In this document: positions 13,692 through 28,600 of the stretch, in pieces
Numbering within the stretch: the stretch's first letter is position 1
Layout: the number at the start of each line of letters is the position of its first letter
NCBI RefSeq assembly: GCF_018977255.1
Contig: NW_024704742.1
Location: 122,886,001 to 122,950,000, forward strand
Source of the DNA: Callorhinchus milii
Taxonomy: Eukaryota
DNA: 64,000 nt
Direction: 5' to 3'
Notes under the pieces: model-generated
Databases searched by the model: none
Seen by the model: only the letters and a program-made list of their open reading frames with translations
Told to the model about the DNA's origin: nothing
Position numbers and translations under genes: made by a program

Positions 13692-16600
13692 CTGAAATTA
13701 AAAAAAATTTTGAATTAAAAAACACAATTGAATTCAGAGAACACTAAGTTTCAACAACAGATTTCTCAAATACTTTTAGTCAGCAAATATAATAATAATC
13801 CTTGCATTTGATATTGCGCCTTAACATGTCTTTGAGACGTCTCAAAGCGCTTCATAGAATATTGTAAAGTGAATTGACTGCGAATTTTGTGGGCAAAATG
13901 CAGGGGCCAATTGAGCACAGTGGTGTCCCACAAATAGTTATGGAATGAGTGACCACATTTTTTTTTAAACATTTTAAACAAGGGATTATTATCCCTGGAA
14001 AAGCAATCCGCCAATCGACAAACAATCGGTTCCTACTTACTACTAGGTAAACAGAGGTGTGTGAATTAAGGAAACTTTGAGTTTCAGCTTCACAAATGAC
14101 AGAAACATCAAGGTGACCAATACATTTGTATTTAATTTTCACCAATGTACTGATTGGAAGAGTTCCACTTGAACTTAGCTCATTCCTCATCAACTTCTGA
14201 GGAGCTGTACTACCACACTATTGATGCAAAATGTAAGTGCATTAGCACAAATACATGACCAGGTCACCATCTGGGCTTCATATCATTTTTACTATTGATA
14301 ATATTGAAAAAATAGCCCCATTTTATAAAAATAAAAACTTAAAAATAACAAATCGGAACATCTCTACTGAAATGAGCAACCAATGTTAGTAGCAATATTT
14401 CCAACCAACTTTTCCATGGTGCAGACTGATCACTGATATTAAAATCAATATAAACAAGGAGATTGGTAACTAATACTTTGAAAGATCAGAGTAAATTTAG
14501 TGAACAAAAAAGTTCATGTAAACACCAAGAATTTTAGGCACGTACACAGAGGAGTGAATGCTCATTAAAAATGTCTTATTTAATCTAATTCCAATTTAGG
14601 CATTTGTATTATGCCAAAAGAAAAAAAAGTACATTTTATTACAATTTTATTTTCATATGATGCATTCTAATCATTCAACTTGAATTTCTCTTTTACATCC
14701 AAAATTTCCCAGTTGTCACCCACAAGGGAAGTTAACACTACTTGGGAAGGTTAAATACTGGAATACTGGTTAGATTATTTTTTAAAAAATAGTGAATAGG
14801 GAAGTGAATTCAGAGCAAAGTTATAAACCACTTAATCTCACTCTTCCATATAGTTTTATGATTCACTCTTAGATATCCATTACAATGCTTCTGCCTTAAA
14901 TTTAAAAACTGTAATACTGTTTTCCTTTGATGAAGATTACAGGTCACAACAATTATCATCTACCAAAAAGAAAAAACCTTAATTATGAAAAGCTTTGACC
15001 TAGGTGAAATTTAACAGTTAAAATAATCTTCCTCAAACCAATAAAAAAAATGGATTACAGATTTATAGCCTGAGGCTATGCTTCCTGTGCAATAATTTGA
15101 AGACTAAAATAAACTCAGATTTTTAGTCAATATTGTGAAACTGCACAAGTACATTTTATTTTTAAAAAAGGGATACCACAAAAAAAGACTCTCCATTCAA
15201 ATTTCTGAAGTGCTTGGACGAACAGGCAAATCAAATGCGACTAAAACTACACTCGCATGCAAAAATCATTGAAAGATCAATGTTAAATCAACTTAAATAA
15301 CTCAACGTTCAATTCTATTTTTGTAGCTCACTACTTGAACAAGTAAAAAACAAGAACAACACATTGTAAAGTGCCTTTCACATCAGGAGGAAATCCCAAG
15401 GCACTGGAGAGTCGGGGATTTGGACATTTGCTTTTCCAGATTAGAAAAGAAAAAATATAGCAAGCTACAAGCGTCCAGGAATTTCAGTTTAGATGAGGGG
15501 TTATTAGCAGTGATGGCAAACAGAACCATGGACATTTACAGGAGTGGAGGCCATTTGGCTCATCATAACTCACTGCTTGTGTTTTTGCAGTTTAAGTAAA
15601 GGAAGTTAAAGATTTAGATGCAGCTTGTGAACAAATAGATGATTTTATGAACTTCTTAGAACTGTTAAAACTCCTAGGGACCCTAATATAACAAACAGAT
15701 GAACAACAACAACAAGATTACATTTTTATAGCGCCTTTCACATCAGAAGGACATCCCAAGGTGCTGACAATCTCCTGAGCCTAATAGAATGCTCACTTCC
15801 CCTTTCCCATGGTATGAATCTCAATTTTCTCCTTTGTCCCCTCTATTTACAGGACATGTGCCAAGCAAGGCTGAGAAGCAAAGTGAATTTGTCAACAGTC
15901 AGTTTGAATGTGGCTATTTTAATTGCCGAGGGAAGGGAGCAAAGGATACTCCACCATCCTGCTTTCAATGTAATTGTTTTGTTATAAAGTATTACTCTTT
16001 TTCAGATTCTGGAATGTGGGAACATCAATTCAACATGCTTCAGGCTTTTGCAACAGTCTAACATTCAACTAAAGCTAAAGCCTGAAGCATGTTCATGTTC
16101 TAAAGATGGATTATGTCTTCATGGAAGGAAGTCAGCAAAAGATTAGCTAGCTGCAGCAAAAGGCCGGTTTAGGGATATGATGGATGACATTTTGAATCCT
16201 GTAGCATAGTAGTTAGAGCACTCTCCTCGCAAACAAGAGGACCTGGGTTCGATTCCCGGCAGGGTGAAACATTGGCCAAGTTTCCTTACTCCACACGACT
16301 CAGTTTACCTATCAGTAAGTAGGAACCCAGTGGTTAGTTGATTGGCGGATTGCTTTTTTTGGGGTAATAATGCCTTAAAAAAAACTTGGGCACTCAATCC
16401 ACGACTGTTTGTGGGACATTGCTTTGCACAATTGGCTGCTACGTTTCGCCCACAAAATATACAGTCCATTCACTTTACAGTATATTCTGTGAAGCGCTTT
16501 GAGAGGTGTCGAAGATGTGATAAGGCGCTATATCAAATTCAAGGATTAGTAGAAAATAGCCACACAGGTCTATAGGACTTAATAGATTGCTTTACAATGA

Positions 16601-19600
16601 GCAGTTAAGAGCAATGATGCCAAGCTTAGAATCATTCAAATTTACAGCAAAATGACCACTTGGCCTATTGACCACTTGGCCTGGATCTCCCTAAAGATCC
16701 ATTCGTAGTGTCCCACGTCTCCTGCCTTTTCTCCCCATCCCAATACTCGTGGGATAAGGAATGTCAGCTGCCACTTAATTATTTGAGGGTCAGTCTAACG
16801 TTTTGACATAGATACCATTCACAGAATCTCTAATTTCGAGTACAGAGATTCTGCTCATTGGCTCAAGAGTGCACAATCTTGTGGGTGAGAGAAGCAATAT
16901 CCCATTCAACTAAGCTTGAAAAAAGTAGCAGCTGGAAAAAAGGCCAATTTTGTTTTGAAAAGAATTGACCAGTTCAACAATTTCTTTTGGCAAGTAATTC
17001 ATTTTCAATGTTATTTCATTCTTCGCAGTCTTAATTTCCTTCCACGTTTCTGCACTCTTCTTCTGAAATGACGACTTCACACATCACATTCACAAGCTCA
17101 AGAGGATTTGTCATCATTGGTTAGAGAGGTTTCAGTAGTTTGGGATTGTACTAAACTGTTGGGATTGAGTTTCGTTTTTCTAATTAGCTAATTTTTCAAG
17201 ATGATTGAATTATATTAGCCTAAGCCAAAAAAGCCGACATATATCATGTAATGCTACTAATTACTTCAAAATGAACACACCAAACTTGAAAGACAATTTT
17301 TTTCAAAATGTCACTCTTCTGCTTTATAGGAATAGCTTCAGTTTCCAAATTAACATCAGTCATTGAATGCTTCGACCAATTTCTAATTTTATCAATAAAG
17401 GGGGACAGAGAGAAACATGGCAATCAGAGCCTATGATGGAGCAGGATGTTACCTGTTCACTGATGGCCTGGAATTCCCTCATCTCATCCTCTGTTAATGG
17501 AGCGCAGGTTTCATCATTTTCACTATCTTCCTGCCAACCCATCTCTTTCAGCAGCCTAGAAGTACACAACAAATATTCAATACCAGAACACTAATTTACA
17601 TTGCATTTTAATAATTGGAAGGAGGCTCACAATGCAAATACTGCACGTTTGTATGTAAACTTTCTTCACTGCTAGTGTAGTGGCTCATTCTAATTATGAC
17701 CTTCTGAACACTTAAAAAAAAAAGACTTCCAATCGAAAGTTCTGCCATTTACTGAGAAGCTATCGTCAGATCTTTGAGATTCTTAAAAAATCATAATTGA
17801 TAGCCAATATGGGTTCACTAAGGGGAGTTCTTGCCAATCTAATTTACTGGTTCTCTTTGACAGTGTGACAAGGGAGCTTAATAAGGGTAAGGCTGTGGAT
17901 GTTGTTTAGCTGGATTTCAGTAAGGCCTTTTATACAGTTCCTCTTGAGAAGCTGGAATTGAAAGTTAAAAAAAAAAGCAGGTATCAGTGGTGGTATATTA
18001 CAATGGATATGCAATTGGTTGACAGGAAGAACCCAGAGGGTGGTGGTACAGGGAATGTCATCAGACTGGGAAAATGTTATCAGTGGAGTCCCATAACTTT
18101 TATTTAATATTTTTATAAATGATCTGGAACTAGGAGTCAACTAGATCAGTGGCAGATGAAATTCAATGTGGAGAAATGTAAAGTACTCCCTATGGGGACA
18201 AAAAATCATGGAAGAGACTATTATTTCAACGGAAGGAAAACAATATGTATGGAAAATGAAAAGGACCTAGGGGTCCTGATTGACAATAAATTGAAACTCT
18301 CCCAACAATGCTCTGTGAGTAAAGCAGTGAGTAAAGCAAACCAGATGTCGGAATGTATCAACAGATCAATAGCAAGCCGAAATAATGGGATAATTCTGCC
18401 ACTGTACAACTCATTGGTGAGACCATACTGGTCACCGCAGTACAAAAAGGATATTGGAGAAATCGAGAAGATACAGAAGGCAACCAAAATGATTGAGGGA
18501 ATGGAAGGACTGGACTTTGAGGAATGACTAAGTAAACTGGGCATGTTCATGCTGGAAAAGAGAACATTGAGAGGTTTCATGATTGCTGTCTTTAAGTTTC
18601 TGAAGGGGCCAGACAAAATAGATCATGACAAGCTGTTTCAACTTGTCCAGAATAGTAGAACCAAAGGACATGAAGGGGGGTAAATTCAGAATGAATCTAC
18701 GCAAACACTATTTCAGTGAGTGAGTGGTGAACCTGTGGAACAGGCTCCCTAGGGAGACAGTTGAAGCAGGAAGTGTTGATTCCTTCAAACACAGATTAGA
18801 TAGTTTTCTTCTATGAAATAACATTATGGGATACAGTACATAGGTAGTTTGGGACATATATGCGTGCGATCACCAGGAGGGTGGAGGCTAACTGGAGAGA
18901 CCTTGGTCTGTTTTCATCTAGCATTTTGTATGTTAATCTTATTTGCTAGCATTGTCAAACAAATACAAAGTGTGATGCTTAAACAGAGTGCAACTTTCAC
19001 ACACTCTAGGCTATCTGAATGGTTCTATCCTCGACAGATCCAGTTTTACACACCATTAAAAAAAACCTAAAGAGCATTGCAAAGGAAACAATACAATCTG
19101 AAAGAAAAGATGAAGGGAAGGAAAAAATTCACTGGGTGAAACAAGTTTTAATGACAATTACAGGTCACATTGGTATAAGACAAATAGACTAAAAGACTAA
19201 AATAGAAAAAAAATGTCTGTGTGAGGAAAAAATGAAATTTGATCAGGCTTCAAAATTGCAAACACTGGAACATGAAAAGCAAAACAAAGAGAGGTGAAGG
19301 TTACGTTTAGAACATGAAAAACACATATGAGAGTTAGTATGCCAGTTGGACATCACAGTTCACTTTCGTAGAACATGGCAGCTCAATGCCCTAACCCGAC
19401 TAGACAACAGAGGAAAAGCAAGTTCCTCACAACTTTTGGCATATGTCCAACAAGACAAAAAAAAACTTTAAAAGATTTTATTTTATTGATCATAACTAAT
19501 TGAAATTAATGTCAGGCATGAGAAAAATCTCTTTGAAGCCAGATGTTGCAGTTTAAACCTTTGCTTTAAACGGTTCAAAAAACAGTACATCAAAGTAGAT

Positions 19601-22600
19601 TGATGGCGTTATTATATAATAACGTTATTGCATTATTATCTGCTAAAATGGTTTATGGTCTTTACCGTTCACAATGCTGCTATTATCGATGTTTCAGAGT
19701 TACCCGTCTTCAGGACAAGAATAAATAAACTAGATAGTTTCAGAGTTTTACAAACTGTAGTCTGCTTATAAAACAGGTGTGGGGTATTTCAATTTGTATG
19801 TGTAGTTCTATCTCTCAGACTGTCTCAGGTACAGCTAGTCAGTTTGGTTTTCAGTTAATAACTTTTAGTCAACTAATAACAGCCGTTAAAACATCAATAG
19901 ATCTGTTGCAATATTAAACCTAAACTACAAAAATGAATCAAAATTAAATCACTTTAGCGCCTTAATTCTGCTGCCCTGCCCTTTTCTCATTTCTATCCTC
20001 TCTTCTTATTTTTTACGTACGCTTTTAAAAAAAGGTTTTTTTTAATTTTTTCAACCAGTTTGAACTCGTTCTCTCTTTTGAACTTTAAAGCAAAGTTTAC
20101 ATTTTTTTTCTTGCTGTCTTTCTGGCTTGTCTATATCAGATTTGCGAATAACTTGAAAGAAAAATGATTTAGCTGCAAACCATTTGATGACCTGTTTTTG
20201 CAATCAAGAAGCCCAGACACTAAATAGGTTTGCCTAGGAATGTAAGAAAGGATAGGAATACAGGAGAGAAAGGAAAAAGATTTCGCCCACTCCTTCTACA
20301 ACCATTCAAACTCTATCCCATAATGAATTTCACTCACCCAGCTCTACCTTTTCCCCAACAGATAACACTCCTCCCCCACACCCCAGATATTATTGTCCTC
20401 AGGAAATGTGTTTATCTCAGTCTCCATCTATCCTTGTATCCTCCATTAGTGTTCTGAAACATCTTAGGTCTTTTGAAATGATAAGTAATGCAGTACTATG
20501 TGTTTTTGAAGAGTCTGGTCCCATATCCACTATTTCAAGTAGGTGAAATAGAAAATTCGTAGAAAGATGTTAACTGTTAAAGGGAATGAAGGAAAAGCAA
20601 ACTAGCGTAGATAACTCCAGTGACATGTTGGCTGAATAGTTTTCTTTCATGTTGTGTTGTAAACTTTTTAGGATTTACTTTATTCTAGAGTTAATACATT
20701 ATTTATTTTTATGAGTCAAACCATAAGGAAAACTGCAAAACCAGTATAATATAATAATAATCCTTGCATTTGATATAGCACCTTATCACGTCTTCTAGAC
20801 GTCTCAAAGTGCTTCACAGAATATACTGTAAAGTGAATTAACTGTATATTTATGAGCGAAACGCGGCAGCCAATTGCGCACAGCAGTGTCCCACAAACAG
20901 TCATGGATTGAGTGATCAAATTGTTATTGCTTTTTTTTCTTGAGAGATTATTATCAGGTGTGTGGAGTAAGGAAACTTGCCCAAGGTTTCACCCTGCCGG
21001 GAATCGAACCCAAGTCTCTCGCTTGCAAGGCGAGTGCTCTAACCACTGAGCTACAAGACTCCACAGGACTTCAGTATACTTATTGATGAAATATGAAATT
21101 CTTTTTGCTTTAAGAATGACTGGTTAAAACACAGTCAAATCCATTAAAGCAACCGTTCTATTCAGCAACTACCTGGTATCAACAACCTGGAAGAGTCCGA
21201 ACCGATTTTCCATAATAAACTACCTCTATTCAGCAACCACACGTCTAACACAACCAGCAACCACTTGTTTTTAAGCCCTATCAGTGTTCTCAGCCACCAG
21301 ATCCAGTTCGTTGGGCTGCTCAGCACGGCTTTGACAGCAACGATTTGTGTTTTGTAATTAATTTTATTACTTTATTAAAACTAGTTTGGTTTATGGGTTT
21401 GTATGTGTTCTGTATTTTTCTATACCCTTAGAAATTCTACACACACCAACAAACTCAGAAGACACCCTTATATAAAGGCCTCTCTGGTCCAGTCCCCTGA
21501 GTAGCTGCTCAAAACAAATTTGACTGTTTCTTGTAAAATGTCTTCAAGTAAGATCAGTGAGCGCCCCCCAAAATACATCATTATATTTCAGAAACTGTGT
21601 TAATGTGACTATTTAGCTTCTAGGAAGACATAATTAAATTATCTGGTCAAATTTATGATTAGTTATTGCAACTGAAAGAAATATTGTTCTTAATTCTTTA
21701 TACAGTAAATAAACTGCTAATGCCAGAGACAGTGGAATAAGACATATTTTGCAGTAGAAAACATTCAATTGGCAACATCAAGCATGCGTAAATGCAATTT
21801 TGTATGCACTGTGTGTAAATTAAAAGTAGCCTTATGCATTTAAAAAAATGGGATTTATTAATCAATCCTTTTTCACTGGTTGTTAATTCCTCTGTGAATA
21901 AAGCACATAATACATGGTACAAACAGCAATATACCACTCTGTTATTAGTTTTGCATTTCACAGCAGTAAATTCAGAACAAATCAGCAGAAACACTACTTC
22001 AGTGAGCAAGTAGTAAACTTATGGAACAGACTCCCTAGGGAGTTAGTGGAAGCAGAACATGTTGTTTGTTTCAAGAACAAATTAATAGATTTCTGCTAGA
22101 AAATAATATCAAGAAATACAACAACAAATTACATTTGTAAAGTGTCTTCCACGTCGGGAGGAGCCACAAGGCACTGGCCAGTCAAGGATTTGGTCCCGAG
22201 CAGGAGGCTGGGACCCGGGGGGGAAGGAGGGCAGCGAGGGTAGGGGTAGGAGGGTGGCCAACTGCGTGGCCGAAGAGGAGTTCCTTGAGACTGCTTTGAA
22301 GGAGGCCAGGGAGGGCGCAAGACGAAGGGACTGGAGGATGGAGTTCCAAAGGGTGGGGCCGAGAGGCTTTCGGCCCGACCGCCAATGATGGTCATATATG
22401 CTATACACACCAAGGGACACGACATGACAAGCAACTGCCAGGATGGAGGAAGGTGAACTAGATGGACCACTGATCAGTGGGACCACTGATTTTTGTCCTA
22501 TACTCAACTTGATTATACATTTCAGGGAACGTTTGCTGTAGTACAAATATAAATTTGTTTAACAAGGCTGCTTTCATTCAATAATGACTTAAATGGTTTA

Positions 22601-25600
22601 GAATTCAAGAGTTTGAGAGCTTAAGTTAATATGTCAAATTGTGAGAACAAGAGTTTGGATGACAAAACTAAGCAACTGAAAATAAAAAATCTTATATAAA
22701 CAGAAGATGTTTACCGAAATAGAAGAAATTAACTTTAAAATAACTATACACTGTTAAAAATAGTCTATGTCATTTAAAAACTAGCTTATTCTCAACGCAT
22801 TTGATAGGAGCTATACTTTAATTGTTAAAATCTTCAGTTTTGTATCATACCAATTGAGCTAATTTGCAGTACAAAGTGTTTCTTTATGATTTTATGAACA
22901 TACCTATGTTCAGCTTCCAGCGAACTTGATAAAATATTGGCATGGGGGAATGCTGATTGACGAAAGGTTGGCTGGGATACTACTCGAGCATTTCCATTCT
23001 CCCTTAGGTCACCATTTTTATCAAAATTTCGGTTCTCATCCCTCTCTTGATGAATATTCTTGTCATTTTGCAGGTTAAACATTTCATAATCCTGTGGACG
23101 ACAGACCAAGGTACATTCAAATATTGCAGCCAAAATCATTTGACAAAAAAGTTGTACGTGTGTCACAAACAAATAATTAAAAATACACTGTTTTGTTGTA
23201 AAAATTGTAACTCTCTGGGATTTAATCTGCTGGTTAAACAGGTTTCCTCTGCAATAAATTGGTCATTTTCAATCCACGACTGTTTGTGGGACACTGCTGT
23301 GCACAATTGGCTGCCGCGTTTCGCCCACAAATATACGATCAATTCACTTTACAGTCTATTCTGTGAAGCGCTTTGAGACGTCGAGAAGACGTGAAAAGCG
23401 CTATGTCAAATGCAATGCAAGGATTGTCGTTATTGTAAGCATTGCCACTCAGAGTAAATGTTGTTATTAGGCGACTGAACAATAGGGGAGCCCCTCGGCC
23501 AACCCAATAACCTAAATGTTGGCCAATTTAGTGTGAAATCGTCTAACAAACAGGAAATGAATGAACCAGCTGCACAATTGTGCAGTGAATGGAGTTTACA
23601 GCGCAACCATTTCAGAGCTAAATTCATGCTGTAAAGATGCATTGTAAAGAGTTGTTACAGTCTGGAATGCACTGCCTGAAAGGGTGGTGGAAACAAATTC
23701 AATAACCAGGGATCAGTATTGGGACCACTGCTGTTTTCGATCTAAATAAATGACCTGGACTTGTGTATAGGGAGTACAATTTCCAAGTCTGCAGATAATA
23801 CTAAGCTAGGAAAAGTAGTAAACAGTGAGGAGAATAGAAATAGACTTCAAGAGGACATTGAAGATTGGTAAAATGGGCAGACAGGTGGCAGATGAAGTTT
23901 TATGTGGAGAAATGTGAAGTGATGCATTTTGGGAGGAAGAATGAAGAGAAGCAATATAAGATGATGGTACAATCATCTTAGCTCAGTGGTTAGAGCACTC
24001 GCTTTGCAAGCGAGAGACCTGAGTTCAATTCCAGGCAGGGCGAAACCTTGGGCAAGTTTCCTTACTCCACACACCTAATAATAATCCCTCCAAAACCAAA
24101 AACAATAATAAATTGGTCATTTTCAATCTACGACTGTTTGTGGGACATTGCTGTGCGCAATTGGCTGCCGTGTTCACCCACAAATATACAGTCAATTCAC
24201 TTTAGTGTGTTCTGTGAAGCGCTTTGAGACGTCCTCCCGACGTGAAAAGCGCTATATCAAATGCAAGGACTATTATTATTATAATCTTAAAGGGGATGCA
24301 GGTACAGTGAGACCTGGGAGCTCATATAATTAGATCTTTGAAGGTGGCAGGACAGGTAGATAAAGCCGTTAAAAAGCATACGGGATACTAGGCTTTATAA
24401 ATGGGGGCATAGAATACAAAAGTCGGGAAGTTATAATGAACCTTTATAAAACACTGGTTAGGCCTCAGCTAGAGTACTGTGAACAGTTCTGGGCACCACA
24501 CTTTATGAGGGATGTCAAGGCATTGGAGAGGGTGCAAAGGAGATTTACCAGGATGGTACCAGGAATGAGGGACTTCAGTTATCAGGAGAGGCGAGAGAAG
24601 CTAGGATTATTCTCCTTGGAGAACTGGAGGTAAAGAGGAGACATAAGTTTTCAAAATTATGAGGAGATTCGATAGGGTGAACAAGGAGAAACTATTTCCA
24701 CCAGTAGGTGGGTTGTTAACTTGAGGACATCGATTTAAAATAGTTGTTAAAAGAAACAGAGGGGAGGTGAGGAGAATTTTTTTCACACAGCGATTAGTTC
24801 GGATCTTGAATGCATTGCCTGAAAGGGTGGTGGAAGAGAAGTAGATAATTATTTGGGGAGGACAAGTTTGCAGGGCTATGGGGAGAGAGCAGGGAAGTGG
24901 GATTGATTTGGATAACTCTTTTTAAAGATCCGGCACAGACACGACAGGCCAAATGGCCTCCTTTTGTGCTGTATAATTCTATGATTCTACGATAACAACT
25001 TTGAAAAGGAATTAAATAGGTACTTGAAAAGGAAATAGTTGCAGGAGTTGGGGAAACAGTGGGGGAGAAGGACTGATTGTGTAGCTCTTCCAAAGAACCG
25101 GCACAAGCACGATGGGCCGAATGGCCTCCTTCTCTGCTGTAATATTCTATGATTCTATGTAGTTCAAATGGTGTGATGGATCACAAAGTATCTGCAAGGC
25201 ATTTTTTAACAGCTACGTCTCCAGTTCACTCCTTGAGAGATTTTGATTCTAACTTGGAACTGAGAAATCCAGGCTTGATGTTTGTAACCCTCATACCAGG
25301 ACATCAATTTCTGCACCACAGAATATTTCCTGGATTAATATTTTCCTTCCAATGGAACAAAATATTATTGTACATCTCCAATATATATTTGAAATCTACA
25401 TTGTGCAACTTGCCCACAGAGAAAGAAAACATATCAATCAACTGTAGCAAAGTGGCACAGAAAGTACATTAATCCAAACAATATGGTAAATTAAGCAAGC
25501 TGAACCACTGTCAGTATATGGGTTGATAGTTACCTTTTCTTTGTCTATGTGGTCTCCATCATCATGATACTCTTCACCGGGTCTGTCCTGTTTCAAAGTC

Positions 25601-28600
25601 TTCAGAAACTCGCTCTTCTTATCCGAACGCATACGTGTCAGTTTCATCATACGAGGCTGACTTGCTATATCAATTGGCGATGAGGAATTTGAACGACTAC
25701 TCTATTTTAAATAAAAAATTGAAAAATGAATAAAAAACAGGACAGCATGCCTAACATGTACTGCGCTAGCCGATAGGGTTAAAGCTTTCATCAGGTGTTA
25801 AAATATGATTACACAAACCTTTTAAATCAGCAGAAAGAAGGTCATTCAAAACTGCAGAAACATGCACCTGGGTAGTGAACACTTCACATTGTGAATGTCA
25901 GTAGAAAACAGTAACATTAGTCAATATTTGAGGTGCTTTTAATGTTCTCCAGATGTGAAATGCACGATACAAATTTAAATTGTATATTGTATTGCAACAT
26001 GGAGGATTTACTAGATACTCAAATGATCAAGTTGTACTTCCACGCAAATGTACAGATCTTTATGTGACATCTCAATACAAAGAGAGTGTAACATTTAATT
26101 CTAAAAAACAATTGTAAAAGAGCTATATTGCAAGAGTTTAAACGGTCAGTAAATGCAATAAACTGGTACGTTCCTGTACTCAAGACATTTCAAAAGGTTT
26201 TACCAAATCATATGCTTATGAACATCATTTCTAAAGTTGATTAAAAGCTAATCAAATCTCACAGAATGGGAGGTGACTATAAGCTTGGTCAAAAAGATAA
26301 GTTTTTATGCGGGAATTAAAGACAGATAGAGATAATAAACGCAGGAACTTCTAGAGGTTAGGAGCACAGTAGCTGAAGGCTCAGTCATCAATGGTGAGCA
26401 CAACAGAGCCAAGTTAGCCAAGTGGAGGCAGCAAAAAGAAAGCAGTGGAGTTGGAGAAAGACACAGAGTTCAGGAAGTTCCTGACGTGAAAGGTGCTATG
26501 CAAATGAATTTGTTGTTGTTGTTGCTAGGTGTGAAGGAATTTATAGAGGACGTTGAAGTTAATCCCTAGGGAGACGGAGAGTGAATGGAGCCTGGCAAGG
26601 ACTGGGGTGATGGGCATGCAGAGTTTAGTATGGTGTTTAGAAAGCCCCTTGTATAAAGTTTGGTTGTAAAAAGCTTAAATAAATGTTTCAATTATTGAAC
26701 AAGAATTTTATAATGATTCTGAATGGAGGCAAAGGGAAAGTTCTCCCCCACAACCCATTACAGTACCTGACACAGAATCAGCTAAGAATGAAAACAAAAT
26801 GACAACTAGAATAAGGCTAATCACTTATCTTTTGAAAATGAACACCATACTTTGTAATAGCGGCATAAAACTGTAACCGTCAAATGGAACTTACATGGAA
26901 AGTTATTTGGTCCAAAAATATTGGTGTTTCTATTTTGGAAATGTATGGTTTAGAAATACTTCAAATGCCAAATAGCACATAAACATTATACCTCCTTTAA
27001 AGAGTTTGGTGATGAAGTGAAGTTCTGAGGTGCCGGTTTTAGAAGGGCGTTGAAGCTAACAAATGGTGTCCCATGTTTGTTTTCCTTTGCTGAACCTTTC
27101 CATTGAGCAGGCTAAAGAAGAAAGATATTATTATTCCCTTTTAAATATTAAATACTTACTCCAAAGTCATCCTGGAGGCAAAGAACAATTCAAAGACGCT
27201 GTTTTCCACCATCCATCACCGCCTCCGCGCACCCTCTCAAGCCCCCTCTACTCTCACATCAAACACTGAGTGCGAAGAGGTCCTAGACTTCTTTGCCTCA
27301 AAAAATGAAAACATCCGCTTGGCTGCATCGCCTTTCCCCAATCCATGTCCCCTTCCACCCCACCCAGACCATCCACACTGCCTTCTCCCTCCGCCACAGC
27401 CTCTGCCACTCCCCCCTCCTTACACTCCTTTGCCCCCATTTCTCCCTCCTCCCTCTCAACCACAATCACCCAGTTGAAGTTCACCACCTGCTGCCTCGAC
27501 CCTCTCCCCACCCAGCTGCTGGTCACTCAACCCCCCCCTCCTCTCCCCCCTGCTGGCCAACACAGTCTCTCTCCTCGGGCTCTGTTCCACTCCCCCTGAA
27601 AACACTGTCGTCACACCCCTCCTCAAAAAAACCACCCTCGATCCCTCTAATCTCTCAAACTAACGTCCCATCTCTAACCTACCCTTCCTTGTCAAAAGTC
27701 CTGGAACGCATTGTTGCAGGTCAACTTCGGTCACACAATTCCCTCAACGAGCCCCTGCAGTCTGGTTTTCGCCCTGCCCACAGCACAGAGACAGCGCTTG
27801 TCAAAGTCACAAACGACATTCTCTCTATCTGTGACAAGAGCTCCCTCTGCCTCCTCGTCCTCCTGGATCTCTGTGCAGTGTTCAACACAATCGACCACGC
27901 CATCCTCCTCCAAAGGCTCTCCTCCCTCATCAACCTTAATGGGACCACACTCGAATGGTTCGAGTCCTACTTAACCAACCACCTCCATTTCATCACAGCA
28001 AATGATTTCTCTTCCCACCTCCAATTGTTCTTCCTCCCCCACATCCGGTCCCAGGACCGCCTTCTTCCACCTCTGCCACATTGCCCACCTCTGACCGTAC
28101 CTTACCCCAAATGTAGACAGAACTCTAATGTATACATTTGTCACCTCCCGCTTGGATTACTCCAACGCACTCCTCGCCGGTCTCCCCAGCTCCACCATTC
28201 ACAAGACCCAGCTCATTCCAAACTCTGCTGCCCGCATACTGACCCGGACCAAACTCCATACCCACATCTCACCAGTTCTGGCCAGGCTCCACTGGCTCCC
28301 CATCAACGAACGGATCGACTTCAAGATCCTCACTCTTGTGTTCAAATCCATTCACTCCCTGGCACCTCCCTACCTTTCCGACCTGACATCAGCCACCTGC
28401 TCGCCCCTCGTATCGTCCGTCCCACCATCGGAGATCGTGCTTTCAGCCACTACACCTCAAAACACTGGAACATCCCTCAATCCCTCCACCTTAGCCCCTC
28501 TCTCCCCTCTTGCTTCTTCCCACAAACTGGGTGCCATCTACTAAAACCTGCTTTTATAGTCTTCAAGATCATTTGTAAATATTACTAATAGCACCATTCC

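Noticed and set aside
27293..28588. 431-aa ORF, the longest in the window
   Set aside because: Frameshifted L2 ORF2 relic. Only the middle is in the RT frame and the catalytic YADD region is deleted, so it is not a host gene.
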